This document shows, piece by piece, positions 21,097-31,891 of a stretch of DNA of 64,000 nucleotides. The number at the start of each line of letters is the position of its first letter. The stretch's first letter is position 1. The notes under the pieces were generated by a model. The model saw only the letters and a list, made by a program, of their open reading frames with translations. It was not told the DNA's origin and searched no databases. Position numbers and translations under genes: made by a program. The stretch lies in the NCBI GenBank assembly GCA_963663765.2, contig CAXXUA010000002.1, positions 128,001 to 192,000 on the forward strand. Reading direction: 5' to 3'. This DNA is from Candidatus Poribacteria bacterium. Its GTDB lineage: Bacteria; Poribacteria; WGA-4E; WGA-3G.

Positions 21097-22077
21097 ATGT
21101 CAAGTCTTGATCAAATTGTTAGTCCAATTGTTGACGATCTAAACGATATAGAGAAAATACTAATAGAAAACACTGCAAACGAATATAGTTTTGTTGACAT
21201 GGCAGTACAACATGTTGTGGAGGGAGGAGGAAAACGGCTTCGTCCAATTCTTGTTTTACTGTCTGCGAAAACTGTCGGTTACCAAGGTGTTGATGCACAC
21301 ACTCTCGCTGCGGTTGTAGAACTCATCCATGTTGCATCGCTTGTGCATGACGATGTACTTGATGAAGCAGCAATCCGTCGCGGTCGCGAAACTTTACAGA
21401 CGAAATGGGGAAACAAGGTCGCTGTGCTTGTAGGAGATTACCTTCATGCACGGGTACTATCAATGCTCGTAGCAAGACAATCAGATGACCCAGCAATGGC
21501 AATCCTCGCAGACACAACGCAGGCAATGTGTGAGGGTGAGGTCATACATGCATATAAAAGCGGAGATTTTGATATATCTGAGGAGGAATACCTGAAGATA
21601 ATTAGTTTCAAAACTGGGAAGTTAATAACCGCTTCTTGCACACTCGGTGTGCAGCTTGGAACAAAGGACCAACAACAGATTGACGCAATAACTACTTATG
21701 GACAAAAAATCGGCACTGCATTTCAAATCGTTGATGATTTACTAGATTTTGTAGCAGCACCAGAGAAATTAGGTAAAAACGCCTATGGTGACTTACGTGA
21801 AGGAAAACTTACCTATCCGATTATATACACCCGCAAAGTCTGTAATGACAATGAAAAACAGACCCTTGAAAAAGTGCTAAATCCTAACACAGATGAGAAC
21901 GAAGCAATACTTACTGTAGAGTCACTTTTCAAAAAATACGATGTTGAACCGCACTGTTTGAACGTAGCACAGGATTATGCTAACAGCGCAAAAGAAGCAT
22001 TGACAGTTATACCGCCTTCAGATGCACGAAACGCACTTGAAAAGCTGGCGGATTACGTTGTTTCTCGCGATACTTAG
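21097..22077 (+). CDS. Polyprenyl diphosphate synthase
   Basis: GGKRLRP, LVHDDVLD (FARM), FQIVDDLLD (SARM). Confidence 0.93.
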   Translation: MSSLDQIVSPIVDDLNDIEKILIENTANEYSFVDMAVQHVVEGGGKRLRPILVLLSAKTVGYQGVDAHTLAAVVELIHVASLVHDDVLDEAAIRRGRETLQTKWGNKVAVLVGDYLHARVLSMLVARQSDDPAMAILADTTQAMCEGEVIHAYKSGDFDISEEEYLKIISFKTGKLITASCTLGVQLGTKDQQQIDAITTYGQKIGTAFQIVDDLLDFVAAPEKLGKNAYGDLREGKLTYPIIYTRKVCNDNEKQTLEKVLNPNTDENEAILTVESLFKKYDVEPHCLNVAQDYANSAKEALTVIPPSDARNALEKLADYVVSRDT

Positions 22078-22131
22078 AAAAGTAATACCTCTTTCCTATA
22101 TGCTGTTTCATTACTCTGCTTCAATTTTTGG

Positions 22132-22253
22132 CAGGACTTACGCACCCAACGGTAGGCGCGCTTTGTAAGCGCGCTGGAAACATAAATAATGCTGAAAATT
22201 ACATCATTTTCAGCACTATTCTTGATTAAATCATGAAAACTGCGTAAGTCCTG
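22132..22253 (+). mobile_element. MITE family A copy, empty allele
   Basis: Perfect TIRs; flanks TTTGG/ATTGG; both GCGCGC sites unoccupied. Confidence 0.88.
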
Positions 22254-22270
22254 ATTGGATTTATTTTTTG

Positions 22271-23437
22271 ATGTTTTATCCCGCTTATATAAACCTAAAA
22301 AGTAGAAAATGTCTTGTTGTTGGTGGTGGTACTGTCGCTGAACGAAAAGTTGTATCAATGCTAATCAGTGGGGGAAATGTCACAGTCATTAGTCCCAATG
22401 CAACTGATCTCGTCATGTTCCTTGCAGAGAACAACACAATTCGTTGGTACAAGCGGAACATAAGGGAAAGTGATACAAAAGGTTATTTTCTTGTTTGCGC
22501 TGCAACTGACTATACTGATATAAATACCAATATTTTCACAGAAGCACACGAAAAGAACAATATCCGATTAGTCAACGTTGTAGATGTGATTCCACAATGT
22601 ACCTTCGCCGCTGCATCCGTTGTAACGGATGGAGATATTATGCTCAGTATTTCCACAAGTGGCAAAAGTCCGGCAACAAGTAGACGTATTCGCGAACATT
22701 TTGAAGAAACATTGAATACATCATCTTTATACACACTTGGCTATGAAAATGGGAAACCAGTGTCTATTGAAAACCAAGGGTTGCCCTATCCTGTCTATCT
22801 TCTGTTGGAAAACCGAAAATGTTTTGTCATAACAGATGAAAATAGTGATGAAATTGAACGACGGGTATCGCTGCTTCGTCAATGTGGTGCAAAAGTATTG
22901 TGCCTGACACAAAATGAAGTGAAAGATGATGAAATCCACGACGCTTTTCTTGTTATTGCAAAAGACAAGACCTATGTAAACTATTCACTATGGAGTTCAT
23001 CAGATTTCTTATATGAAATAATCAATGATGGAGTAACGGGAACACACTTCACACCAAATGTCATAGTAGACAACAACCTAATAATAAGTATCGCATCCAA
23101 GAATCGCAATGATGTTAGCAAAGAAAAACATCTTCATCAGAAACTCATACATCAGTTTGAAAATAAAGGTTATGGTGCTTTTATAGAACTCCTTGGTGAA
23201 AGACGTCAGGAAGTCCTTGATGCGTTTCCTACTTCAAAAATGAGGGCAGACTTTTTTGAGAAAATCATCGACCACGTCTCAAATACAACAAAACAAACTT
23301 GCTGCCTAAACCTTACAGAACTGGAGTGTTCTGCTGATTGTCTATTCAATTGGATACGAGAAAATAAAATCTCAAAAGCCAACAACTTCATTACTCAACA
23401 ATTAAATACGCAACGTGCAAACCTAAATCTCAATTAA
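22271..23437 (+). CDS. Precorrin-2 dehydrogenase/ferrochelatase (Met8/SirC-like) with internal duplication
   Basis: LVVGGGTVAERK, AATD, VNVVD, ISTSGKSP; a second degenerate unit begins at YPVYLLLENRKC. Confidence 0.8.
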   Translation: MFYPAYINLKSRKCLVVGGGTVAERKVVSMLISGGNVTVISPNATDLVMFLAENNTIRWYKRNIRESDTKGYFLVCAATDYTDINTNIFTEAHEKNNIRLVNVVDVIPQCTFAAASVVTDGDIMLSISTSGKSPATSRRIREHFEETLNTSSLYTLGYENGKPVSIENQGLPYPVYLLLENRKCFVITDENSDEIERRVSLLRQCGAKVLCLTQNEVKDDEIHDAFLVIAKDKTYVNYSLWSSSDFLYEIINDGVTGTHFTPNVIVDNNLIISIASKNRNDVSKEKHLHQKLIHQFENKGYGAFIELLGERRQEVLDAFPTSKMRADFFEKIIDHVSNTTKQTCCLNLTELECSADCLFNWIRENKISKANNFITQQLNTQRANLNLN

Positions 23438-23445
23438 GCACTATT

Positions 23446-24285
23446 ATGCATTTTCTATTTCTTATTACTGTCTTAGTCTATTTAGCTGCCGGTATATTTC
23501 AGGCACTATATCTTGCTATTGGAAAGCAGACCGAATATCCCTCTTTGCGACCAACGATTGCAAATATAGCATATTGGGGAACTTGCCTCGGTTTTGCACT
23601 ACTGACATTTTTCATTATCCTCTGGTGGTCACGACAAGGGCATTACCCAATGACACACTGGACAGACTCCACCGCTTTCTTCGCTTGGGCAATAACCCTG
23701 ATCTATCTGATTGTCGTTCGCATGACGCAGCTACGGGCGGTCGGCAGTTTCGTTATACCACTGGCATTCATTACAATACTGATTTCATACAGTTTCGCAA
23801 CAGATACTGCTACTCTATCTGAAAATTTGAAATCATATTGGTTGGTCTCTCACGTTACACTCATTTTATTAGCTTATGCGACGTTTATCACTGCGTTCGC
23901 TTTTGGATTGCTTTATCTAATTGCAGAAAAAAAGATTCAACAGAAAACTGAAACAATCTTTCACAATCTACTTCCAGCTCTTACGGCTTCTGATGACATC
24001 GGCTACCGATGTTCTTTCTTCGGTGTAGTCCTACTGTCATGTGGCGTAATTATCGGCGCACTTTGGACACAATATATAGAAGATGAAATCTGGAGATGGC
24101 TTGACGCAAAGGTGTTTTTTACTGTGGTGACATGGGTGATCTATGTCGTGCAAATTGGTATTCGCCAATTATGGGGTTGGCGTGGAAGAAAAGCAGCATA
24201 TTCAGAGATAGTCGGTTTCATCGCAGTCTTATGCACATACATTGGTGTAAATCTATTCTTAGATAGTGCACACACATTCCGCTAA
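23446..24285 (+). CDS. Cytochrome c biogenesis CcsA/HemX-like membrane protein
   Basis: WLVSHV, GALW...WRWLDAK (WWD-like), WGWRGRKAA; adjacent to hemA. Confidence 0.85.
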   Translation: MHFLFLITVLVYLAAGIFQALYLAIGKQTEYPSLRPTIANIAYWGTCLGFALLTFFIILWWSRQGHYPMTHWTDSTAFFAWAITLIYLIVVRMTQLRAVGSFVIPLAFITILISYSFATDTATLSENLKSYWLVSHVTLILLAYATFITAFAFGLLYLIAEKKIQQKTETIFHNLLPALTASDDIGYRCSFFGVVLLSCGVIIGALWTQYIEDEIWRWLDAKVFFTVVTWVIYVVQIGIRQLWGWRGRKAAYSEIVGFIAVLCTYIGVNLFLDSAHTFR

Positions 24286-24311
24286 TAAAAAAAATGCAAA
24301 ATCGCTGTTTT

Positions 24312-24340
24312 TTGACTTTAACGCGGAATTGTGCTATAAT
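24312..24340 (+). promoter_or_regulatory. Sigma70-type promoter upstream of hemA
   Basis: TTGACT, 17 bp, TATAAT, with extended TG. Confidence 0.65.
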
Positions 24341-24390
24341 TTACCTATTACGGTATTCGTTCTTTATATTGACTCCGTAGAGTATGAACC

Positions 24391-25689
24391 ATGAAGCAAA
24401 TTGTATCAGTCGGAACAAGCCATCATGTCGCCCCTATAGAATTTAGAGAAAAGCTGGCTTTTTCCGAAGATCAACTAATTGAATCTCTCCACCAACTTCA
24501 CAACTCCTATCAATTTCAAGAGTCTGTGATCTTATCTACATGTAACAGAGTAGAGGTATACGCAGTTGCTGATTCACAACAAGTATCCCTGCCACCTGCC
24601 AAAATACTAATTGATTTCCTTTCTCACTACCACAACATCGGCAAAGAAAATCTGAAAAAATGGAGTTATCAAAACAACAATCTTGATACTATTTCGCATC
24701 TCTTCAGAGTAACTTCAAGCCTTGACTCAATGGTTGTCGGAGAGTCGCAGATTTTGGGACAAGTCAAAGAAGCATACGATCTTTCTCGAACGGTAGGTGG
24801 TGCAGGTGATGTACTGAACCGCCTATTTACGAAAGCATTTAGCGTTGGTAAACGAATCCGTTCTGAAACTACCATTGCGAGCGGGGCAGTATCTATCAGT
24901 TATGCAGCAGTTGAACTTGCAAAAAAGATCTTCAATACATTGGAAAACAAAACTGTCGCAATTATCGGTGCTGGTGAAATGAGCGAATTAACCGCAAAGC
25001 ACCTTGTCTCAAATGGCGTATCAAATGTGATTGTGGCAAATCGTACATATCAACGGGCAGTTGAAATAGCAAATAAGTTTAAAGGAATACCTGTCGCTTA
25101 CGAGGAGGATCTCTCATTCCTTATAGATGCTGATATCGTCATCAGTTCAACAGAAGCACCGCATTATCTGATTGAACGAGCACCTCTCGCAGAAATCATG
25201 CGGAAGCGAAAACATCAGTATATGTTCCTTATTGACATTGCTGTGCCACGTGACATTGATCCGGATGTCAGCAAAATCAACCACGCATTTCTCTATAACA
25301 TTGATGATTTAGAAGCAGTCGTTGCATCCAATTTGAAAGACCGAAAGCAGGAGGCAATTCGCGCAGAACAGATCGTCTCTGAAGAAGCAAAGCGATTCCT
25401 TGACCAACTGCAAATCCTTGAAGTCAATCCTACCATTAGAGCACTCCATCAGCAATTTCAACAAATTGCCGAATCCGAACTCCAATCATGCTTTGGCAAA
25501 ACAGAACTTTCAGAGCATCAGGAGGAGGCGGTTGAATCAATGACGCAGGCAATCGTCAAAAAACTCCTACATCATCCCGTACATAATTTACGTCAATCTG
25601 TGAACGATGGCAATTTAGACCACGGTCAGTATATTCATGCACTCCAAGAACTGTTCGCTTTGGATGACAATAACGATAAGGAACAGTGA
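24391..25689 (+). CDS. hemA: Glutamyl-tRNA reductase
   Basis: LSTCNRVE, SLDSMVVGESQILGQVK, GAGEM, DIAVPRDID. Confidence 0.97.
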   Translation: MKQIVSVGTSHHVAPIEFREKLAFSEDQLIESLHQLHNSYQFQESVILSTCNRVEVYAVADSQQVSLPPAKILIDFLSHYHNIGKENLKKWSYQNNNLDTISHLFRVTSSLDSMVVGESQILGQVKEAYDLSRTVGGAGDVLNRLFTKAFSVGKRIRSETTIASGAVSISYAAVELAKKIFNTLENKTVAIIGAGEMSELTAKHLVSNGVSNVIVANRTYQRAVEIANKFKGIPVAYEEDLSFLIDADIVISSTEAPHYLIERAPLAEIMRKRKHQYMFLIDIAVPRDIDPDVSKINHAFLYNIDDLEAVVASNLKDRKQEAIRAEQIVSEEAKRFLDQLQILEVNPTIRALHQQFQQIAESELQSCFGKTELSEHQEEAVESMTQAIVKKLLHHPVHNLRQSVNDGNLDHGQYIHALQELFALDDNNDKEQ

Positions 25690-26600
25690 TGAAAAGCATA
25701 GTGACAATTGGCACACGTGGCAGTCAACTCGCTTTATGGCAAGCACAATTCGTAAAACAGCAATTAATTCCACGTTACCCTGATATTGAAATAAAAATAA
25801 AGATCATAAAAACCACAGGGGATACTATACAAAACCGTTCTTTAGTTGGACTCGGTAAAGGCGTGTTTACAAAAGAGATCGAATTTTCACTTTTAGATGG
25901 TGAAATAGACCTCGCAGTTCATAGCCTAAAAGACCTACCGACTGAAATGCCGACAGGACTCTGTATCGCTGCTATCCCAACACGTGACGATCCGCGGGAT
26001 GTACTGGTAACATCTACCGGGAGCCTTATAGAAAATTTACCAGTTGATGCTAAAATCGGCACGACAAGTCCTCGCAGAAAAGCACAACTTCTTTACACAT
26101 ATCCACACTTGCAAGTCGTTGATGTCCGAGGAAACGTAGATACACGGTTACGGAAACTCAAAGAAACTGACCTTGATGCAATTATACTTGCTGCAGCAGG
26201 ACTTAAACGCCTCAACAAAGAGGAAGCAATCACCCAGTATTTTGATATAGAACAGATGGTCCCAGCAGTAGGACAAGGCGCGTTAGCTGTTCAAACACGG
26301 CAAGACGATAGCCAGATTCAAGAGTTACTTACAACCATAAATGATGCAACGACTACAGTTGAAATCACTGCAGAAAGAACCTTATTAGAATACCTCGGTG
26401 GTGGTTGTCAAGTACCAATTGGAGGGTTCGCTAAACGCAAAAATGACGAACTTTCACTCATTGGCACAGTATGTCACCCTGAAGGAAAACACCGGATAGT
26501 TGAAAGAGCAAACGGAACTATTGATGAACCCGTTAACTTAGGTAAATTAGTCGCAGAAAAACTACTCAAAACTGGTGCAAAAGAATTATTGTTAACTTAG
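25686..26600 (+). CDS. hemC: Hydroxymethylbilane synthase
   Basis: GTRGSQLALWQ, AVHSLKD, RGNVDTR, GGCQVP. Confidence 0.97.
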   Translation: MMKSIVTIGTRGSQLALWQAQFVKQQLIPRYPDIEIKIKIIKTTGDTIQNRSLVGLGKGVFTKEIEFSLLDGEIDLAVHSLKDLPTEMPTGLCIAAIPTRDDPRDVLVTSTGSLIENLPVDAKIGTTSPRRKAQLLYTYPHLQVVDVRGNVDTRLRKLKETDLDAIILAAAGLKRLNKEEAITQYFDIEQMVPAVGQGALAVQTRQDDSQIQELLTTINDATTTVEITAERTLLEYLGGGCQVPIGGFAKRKNDELSLIGTVCHPEGKHRIVERANGTIDEPVNLGKLVAEKLLKTGAKELLLT

Positions 26601-26612
26601 TTAATTTTGTAT

Positions 26613-28136
26613 ATGAATGCAACGAATCAAGAAACACATAATGGTATCGTTTATATAGTTGGCGCAGGTCCAGGAGACAGAAAACTCATTACCCTAAAGG
26701 GTGTGGAGTGCCTACAAAAAGCGGATGTTGTAATATATGACCTGTTGTTGAACAACACTTTGTTAGAACATTGTCCTGCTCATACAGAAAAGATTCAAGC
26801 ACCAGATCCGAGAATCCGCACCACGCGTCAAGCAGAACTGAATCACCTACTTATTCAATATGCCAAAGCGGGTAAAGTCGTGGTACGTCTCAAAGGGGGT
26901 GACCCGTATATCTTCGGACGCGGTGGTGAGGAAGCGGTGGAACTTGTCAAAGCAGGAATCCCGTTTGAAATTGTCCCAGGTATAACCTCCGGCATCGCTG
27001 CAACTGCCTACGCAGGTATACCAGTAACACATCGGGACTATGCCTCATCTGTCGCATTTGTCACGGGTCATTCCGCTGCAACACACCCAAAGTCTAACAT
27101 CAAATGGAACTATCTCGCAACAGCAGTAGACACGCTTGTAGTCTATATGGGTGTGGCACATCTTCAACAGATTGTAGACCTACTCATAAAGCACGGTAGA
27201 GATGCACATACTCCCGTGAGTTTGGTTAGAGTCGGCACAACTCCACAACAATTAGTTGTTCAAGGTACGCTTTCGGATATAGCGGAAAAAGTTGAGGCAG
27301 CAAAACTCACAAGTCCTGCACTCATTGTTGTTGGGGAAGTCAATCTACTGCGCGATCAACTACGATGGTTTGAGATGAAACCCCTGTTCGGTAAGCGAAT
27401 TCTTGTAACCCGCGCACGCGCACAAGCAAGCGATTTCTCAGCACTCTTGGAAGTGAACGGTGCTGAAGTCATCCAATTTCCAACTATAGAGATTAAACAA
27501 CTTGATGAAACAGTAATTCCTACACCAGAAAAGTATGAGTGGGTTATCTTTACAAGTGTCAATGCAGTTGAAATATATTATGAAAACCTATTGCAGAAAG
27601 GAGAGGACGCGCGTGCTTTTGGTGATGTCAGAATCTGCGCCGTTGGACCGAAAACAGTTGATGCACTAAACCAAATTGGTATACGTCCAGATTTTATCCC
27701 GTCACATGCAAGTGGAAAAACCGTCGCAACAGAATTAGAGGATGTGGACGGTAAGAATATCTTACTGCCACGAGCAAAAATCGCAACCCCAGATCTCCCC
27801 AATATCTTACGTGAAAAAGGAGCAATCGTAGACGACGTACCACTCTACGAAACAATCAAAGTCGCCAGTGAAAACTGCAACTCAGTTGAAACTGACCTAT
27901 TACATGGAATTATAGACATCGTGACGTTTACAAGTTCTTCTACCGTTACCAACTTCCTTGACATGTTCCCAGCACGGACAGCGAAAGATTTACTTACAAA
28001 TGTTCGTGTTGCAGTCATCGGTCCCACGACACAGGCAACAGCAAAAGAACACAGTATTAATGTTGATATCGTAGCACAGGAAACAACAATAGAAAGTCTT
28101 ACAGATGCTATTATAAAATCATACCGCAATCAATAG
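26613..28136 (+). CDS. cobA: Uroporphyrinogen-III C-methyltransferase / synthase fusion (CobA-HemD)
   Basis: VGAGPGD and [16 protein letters not shown], followed by ILVTRAR, FTSVNAV, FTSSSTV. Confidence 0.95.
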   Translation: MNATNQETHNGIVYIVGAGPGDRKLITLKGVECLQKADVVIYDLLLNNTLLEHCPAHTEKIQAPDPRIRTTRQAELNHLLIQYAKAGKVVVRLKGGDPYIFGRGGEEAVELVKAGIPFEIVPGITSGIAATAYAGIPVTHRDYASSVAFVTGHSAATHPKSNIKWNYLATAVDTLVVYMGVAHLQQIVDLLIKHGRDAHTPVSLVRVGTTPQQLVVQGTLSDIAEKVEAAKLTSPALIVVGEVNLLRDQLRWFEMKPLFGKRILVTRARAQASDFSALLEVNGAEVIQFPTIEIKQLDETVIPTPEKYEWVIFTSVNAVEIYYENLLQKGEDARAFGDVRICAVGPKTVDALNQIGIRPDFIPSHASGKTVATELEDVDGKNILLPRAKIATPDLPNILREKGAIVDDVPLYETIKVASENCNSVETDLLHGIIDIVTFTSSSTVTNFLDMFPARTAKDLLTNVRVAVIGPTTQATAKEHSINVDIVAQETTIESLTDAIIKSYRNQ

Positions 28137-28139
28137 GAT

Positions 28140-28163
28140 CAGGACTTATGCAAAAACGGTAGG
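28140..28163 (+). repeat. Truncated left end of MITE family A
   Basis: CAGGACTTATGCAAAAACGGTAGG with no matching right end. Confidence 0.65.
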
Positions 28164-28383
28164 TTAGGCATGTCAATCTGTTCACTTGAATTTATCGGTT
28201 TCATAGTCGTAATTAACTACAGGTTATCACCCCCCCTCAATTCTGTTAATTTCCTTGCTTCAGAAAATAGAGTCTTATTGTATTATCGTACCTGCACGCG
28301 CATTCTGTTATATATAGAGTGTTTCGTCGCAGGTTTTTGTCGTTTAATTTGACTTGATAAATATTAACGAAGGAGGTACAATT

Positions 28384-28545
28384 GTGGAAACGAACATCTT
28401 ACGTCCTATTCTTGAATTATTTCTCAATTTGATGTGTGCAACGCTCCTGATAGGTTTTTTCATTATGATTGAATCAATACCGACAGGACAATCCCAACCT
28501 GACAACTCTATATCAGAAAAACAGGAACCCCCGTACTGTCCATAA
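28384..28545 (+). CDS. Small putative membrane peptide
   Basis: AAGGAGG before GTG; one hydrophobic segment. Confidence 0.4.
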   Translation: METNILRPILELFLNLMCATLLIGFFIMIESIPTGQSQPDNSISEKQEPPYCP

Positions 28546-28604
28546 TCAAACCTACTACCCCGCTCTTGCCCGCGCGAGGCAGGAAACTGAAGGAGGAATT
28601 AGAG

Positions 28605-30302
28605 ATGTTATTCTTGAGAAAACACACTTATTTGATACTCGGTTTGCTTGTTGGAATCGTAATCAGTAATGTCATTTTATTACAACGCGGACAGCAAACA
28701 AATTCACCAGACGAAGTGTTAGTACAACGCGAACAGCAGCAGACAAGTACACCAGAAGGTATTGTGCCTGATGTTGCTAACCGAATAGCAGATACTGCTA
28801 AACCGCCCCCTCCTGGTGAAACTCACCAAACAGGACATTGGCATGGCAATGTGTGGCATAAAACGAAACCGCCCACTAATTTGAAAAAAGATGGCTTGCA
28901 ACAGCGGGGAACTAGGAACCAGAAATCTGTTGTGGGTATCACTTGGAAAGGTGGTGCATCGAGCGGAGAATATAGTTGTGTTTATGATCCAGGGTTTTTA
29001 GAACTACCAAAGGAGATAAAAGATGCTTTATACATCTTAGATGCAGAAAAGTTTGTCAGGGAAGAAATTGTGGATTTAATTGAAACACATGACTTAGATG
29101 TCAAGGAAGCGTTAAAACAGGTGAAGATTAACCATGGTGATATTATTGACAATTTAGATCTCTTAACAGAGAACGGAACCCCTAAATCCACAATGACTGA
29201 CGAAGAATTTCAAGAACGTGAGTTTAAGATACTTACTGGAGATCGTGATCTTGAATCTGCAACTCGTTTTTTGGAAGATCATGGGTATTATAGTAAAGCA
29301 CTATTAAAACGTCTTAATTCCAAGCGTGCGTTTGAATACCTTAAGAATATAGAGACGCCTAATAAACGTGGTCGCTCGCGCGCGTACGCAGAACAAGTTA
29401 TCGCTGCAAATCCTTCAGATTTAGATGCGCGTTTATATCTTGCCGATACTGCACCAAAAAACTCAAAGAAAGAAGTTGAGGCAGCGTTAAATCAATACCA
29501 AAATATTCTTTCGGATCATCCAGATTCTGCTCACGCGTTAGTGGAAGCAGGGAGTTTGCTCATTTCTTTAGAGTCACCTATTGAAGCACTTGAAAAGTTA
29601 AGAAAAGGACATGAATTAGGAGCTTCTCGTGGTTATTTTGAGGCTGCGTATGCGTATCAACAACTGAGTGACTACAAAACTGCGTGGGTGTACTTGAAAA
29701 AAGCGATGCAGTTACCACATGGTGAGCGCACATATACGCACTTACGGGCAATAGAAGCGGGTACTCCGATATTTGCCCCCTTGCCTTTTGATAAACTTGA
29801 TTTTCCTGAGCAAGATGGACCTTTTGAAACTCCAGATGTAGAACCGTCTACACCAGAAAAGCGTGATAATTCCGTGGACGACCCGATTTGGGGAGAAGTA
29901 TCGAATGATACTAACGAAGAAGTAGAGTTATTACCCACTAATGATCGAGCTGAACGGGCACGTGCTGCCGCTGGAGCTGCACAGCGCGCGAGAGAGGAAT
30001 TTACGAAAATACAGGAACTTAGACGAAAAGAGTTTAAGGATTTTCTGCAATGGGTAGAAACCATCATGAATGCTGAATCGCCCATGGATACCAATAATTT
30101 CCTGATGAAGGAGATGGAAGCGTTTCTAAAAGCTGGAAAACCGCAGTTTGAACCTGTACGTATCGTCCGCGCCTTTGAAATCTTTGAACGTTATGGTCCC
30201 AAAGAAGGGATAAAACGCTTGCAAAAATATGACCCGAAAGTTGCCGAACAAGTGCAACGGTTACTTGCAGAAAAACGCCCCCATAACCCAAATAATAAAT
30301 GA
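28605..30302 (+). CDS. Membrane-anchored TPR-like protein (paralog 1)
   Basis: AGGAGG RBS, N-terminal TM, KPPPPGE..GHWHG..WH motif, TPR-like helices, conserved DFLQW..NAESPMDTNNFL C-domain. Confidence 0.65.
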   Translation: MLFLRKHTYLILGLLVGIVISNVILLQRGQQTNSPDEVLVQREQQQTSTPEGIVPDVANRIADTAKPPPPGETHQTGHWHGNVWHKTKPPTNLKKDGLQQRGTRNQKSVVGITWKGGASSGEYSCVYDPGFLELPKEIKDALYILDAEKFVREEIVDLIETHDLDVKEALKQVKINHGDIIDNLDLLTENGTPKSTMTDEEFQEREFKILTGDRDLESATRFLEDHGYYSKALLKRLNSKRAFEYLKNIETPNKRGRSRAYAEQVIAANPSDLDARLYLADTAPKNSKKEVEAALNQYQNILSDHPDSAHALVEAGSLLISLESPIEALEKLRKGHELGASRGYFEAAYAYQQLSDYKTAWVYLKKAMQLPHGERTYTHLRAIEAGTPIFAPLPFDKLDFPEQDGPFETPDVEPSTPEKRDNSVDDPIWGEVSNDTNEEVELLPTNDRAERARAAAGAAQRAREEFTKIQELRRKEFKDFLQWVETIMNAESPMDTNNFLMKEMEAFLKAGKPQFEPVRIVRAFEIFERYGPKEGIKRLQKYDPKVAEQVQRLLAEKRPHNPNNK

Positions 30303-30365
30303 GACAATAAATGAAAACCACACAGAAAACGCAATCAATCGCAGCAGGAAAGGAGGAACCAACAC

Positions 30366-31730
30366 GTGGAACGGAAAAACCCCCCTCAGACTCCACACCC
30401 ATCGCAAAATAAGAACGGTGATGCGCACAGAAACAGAACTGACACTTATTCGCATACACATAACAACAATAGCACAATCAGACATAAACATATTCCACAA
30501 GAAATCTTAGAACAACTTACCCAGTTACGAGAACAGTATAAAGACAATGTTGTAGGAACGCGCCAATGGAATAGTAGAATTGCAGGATTTCAGCGAGAAA
30601 CATTGTATCCAGAGGAGTATTATGAAAAAGAATTAGAAATCTTGTGCGGCGACATGACACCTGAACAAGCAACCAACTATCTGGAATCAGTTGGTCTCTA
30701 TAGTCCTGCCTTGCTAAAACGTTTAGACACTGTGAGTGCTTACCGACATCTTAAGACGTTAGGTTACGATAGACCCGAACTTCGTGAATATACTGAACGT
30801 GTCATAGCTGAAAACCCTGGGACAGAGATAGAGTTTGAAGCGCGTTATTACCTTGCACGAGAGTTAATACCTTATAGTAAAGAATTACATTTAGAAAAAG
30901 TAGCTGCGTTTCAAGCTGTGCTGAAAATAGATCCGAATTTTCAAGGAGCTTTATCTGGAATAGGAGCAATATTGGTGAATAATGACAAACCAGCGGAAGC
31001 CATACCCTATTTAAAAAGACACAATAGTGTTGCCATCCCTGGTGGTGGATATCCCGCTGATGCGTGGTTAGGTGAAGCGTATGAAAAGTTAGGAGATGTC
31101 AAAACTGCATGGATATATTATAAAAGGGCATTAGCAGGTTCAATTTATCACGAAAATGATCCAGCAGCAGTGTCGATGAGAGCTCATATTGAACGGATTG
31201 AAGCGGGTAATCCGATTTATAAGCCAGTGTTATCCGCGCGTGAACCTACTTCAATAGATGCACATTCGCATGAACACAGAAAGGAATCTGTTATGCCAAA
31301 AGAACATATACATCATACCGAAATTTTACCTAATGATAGTCCCTTGGCAGAACCTGATTCCACTATTCTATCGGATATCCGTGTTGAAAACGCCGAAAAG
31401 CGTCGTGCTGCGGCGAAAGCAGTACAACAAGCTTACGATGATTTGCAAAAACATCAAGAACGCACAAAAAAGGAACTTCAAAAGGAACTTAACGATTTTC
31501 TGCAATGGACCGCAACGATTATAAATGCTGAATCTCCAATGGATACTAACAATTTCCTCATGAAAGAGATGGAAGCGCATCTTAAGGGGGGACAAGCACA
31601 GTTTGAACCAGAACGCATTATCCGCGCTTTTGAAACGATGGAATGTTACGGAGCAGCAGATGGGATCAAACACATCCAAAAAGCCAATCCAGAACTTGCA
31701 AGGCAAATACAACGTCTGCTTTCAGAATAA
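30366..31730 (+). CDS. TPR-like protein (paralog 2), no signal peptide
   Basis: GTG after AGGAGG; LGEAYEKLGDVKTAW; same C-domain. Confidence 0.65.
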   Translation: MERKNPPQTPHPSQNKNGDAHRNRTDTYSHTHNNNSTIRHKHIPQEILEQLTQLREQYKDNVVGTRQWNSRIAGFQRETLYPEEYYEKELEILCGDMTPEQATNYLESVGLYSPALLKRLDTVSAYRHLKTLGYDRPELREYTERVIAENPGTEIEFEARYYLARELIPYSKELHLEKVAAFQAVLKIDPNFQGALSGIGAILVNNDKPAEAIPYLKRHNSVAIPGGGYPADAWLGEAYEKLGDVKTAWIYYKRALAGSIYHENDPAAVSMRAHIERIEAGNPIYKPVLSAREPTSIDAHSHEHRKESVMPKEHIHHTEILPNDSPLAEPDSTILSDIRVENAEKRRAAAKAVQQAYDDLQKHQERTKKELQKELNDFLQWTATIINAESPMDTNNFLMKEMEAHLKGGQAQFEPERIIRAFETMECYGAADGIKHIQKANPELARQIQRLLSE

Positions 31731-31891
31731 GGCACTAATCACCAGAACCAACCACAAATGAGGAAAAAATAAAAATGTTCAAAAGATTTTTTATACACAT
31801 GATTTGTCTAATAGGTGTCTTTGGAATGGTTGATATTTCAAAATGAAGTAATCCTGTAAATCTAACGCAGCAGGAAAGGAGGAACCAACAC

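Noticed and set aside
31844-31846. TGA as selenocysteine or genome-wide stop recoding
   Set aside because: No redox-motif context, and TGA terminates ordinary genes here, such as hemA and sbcD.
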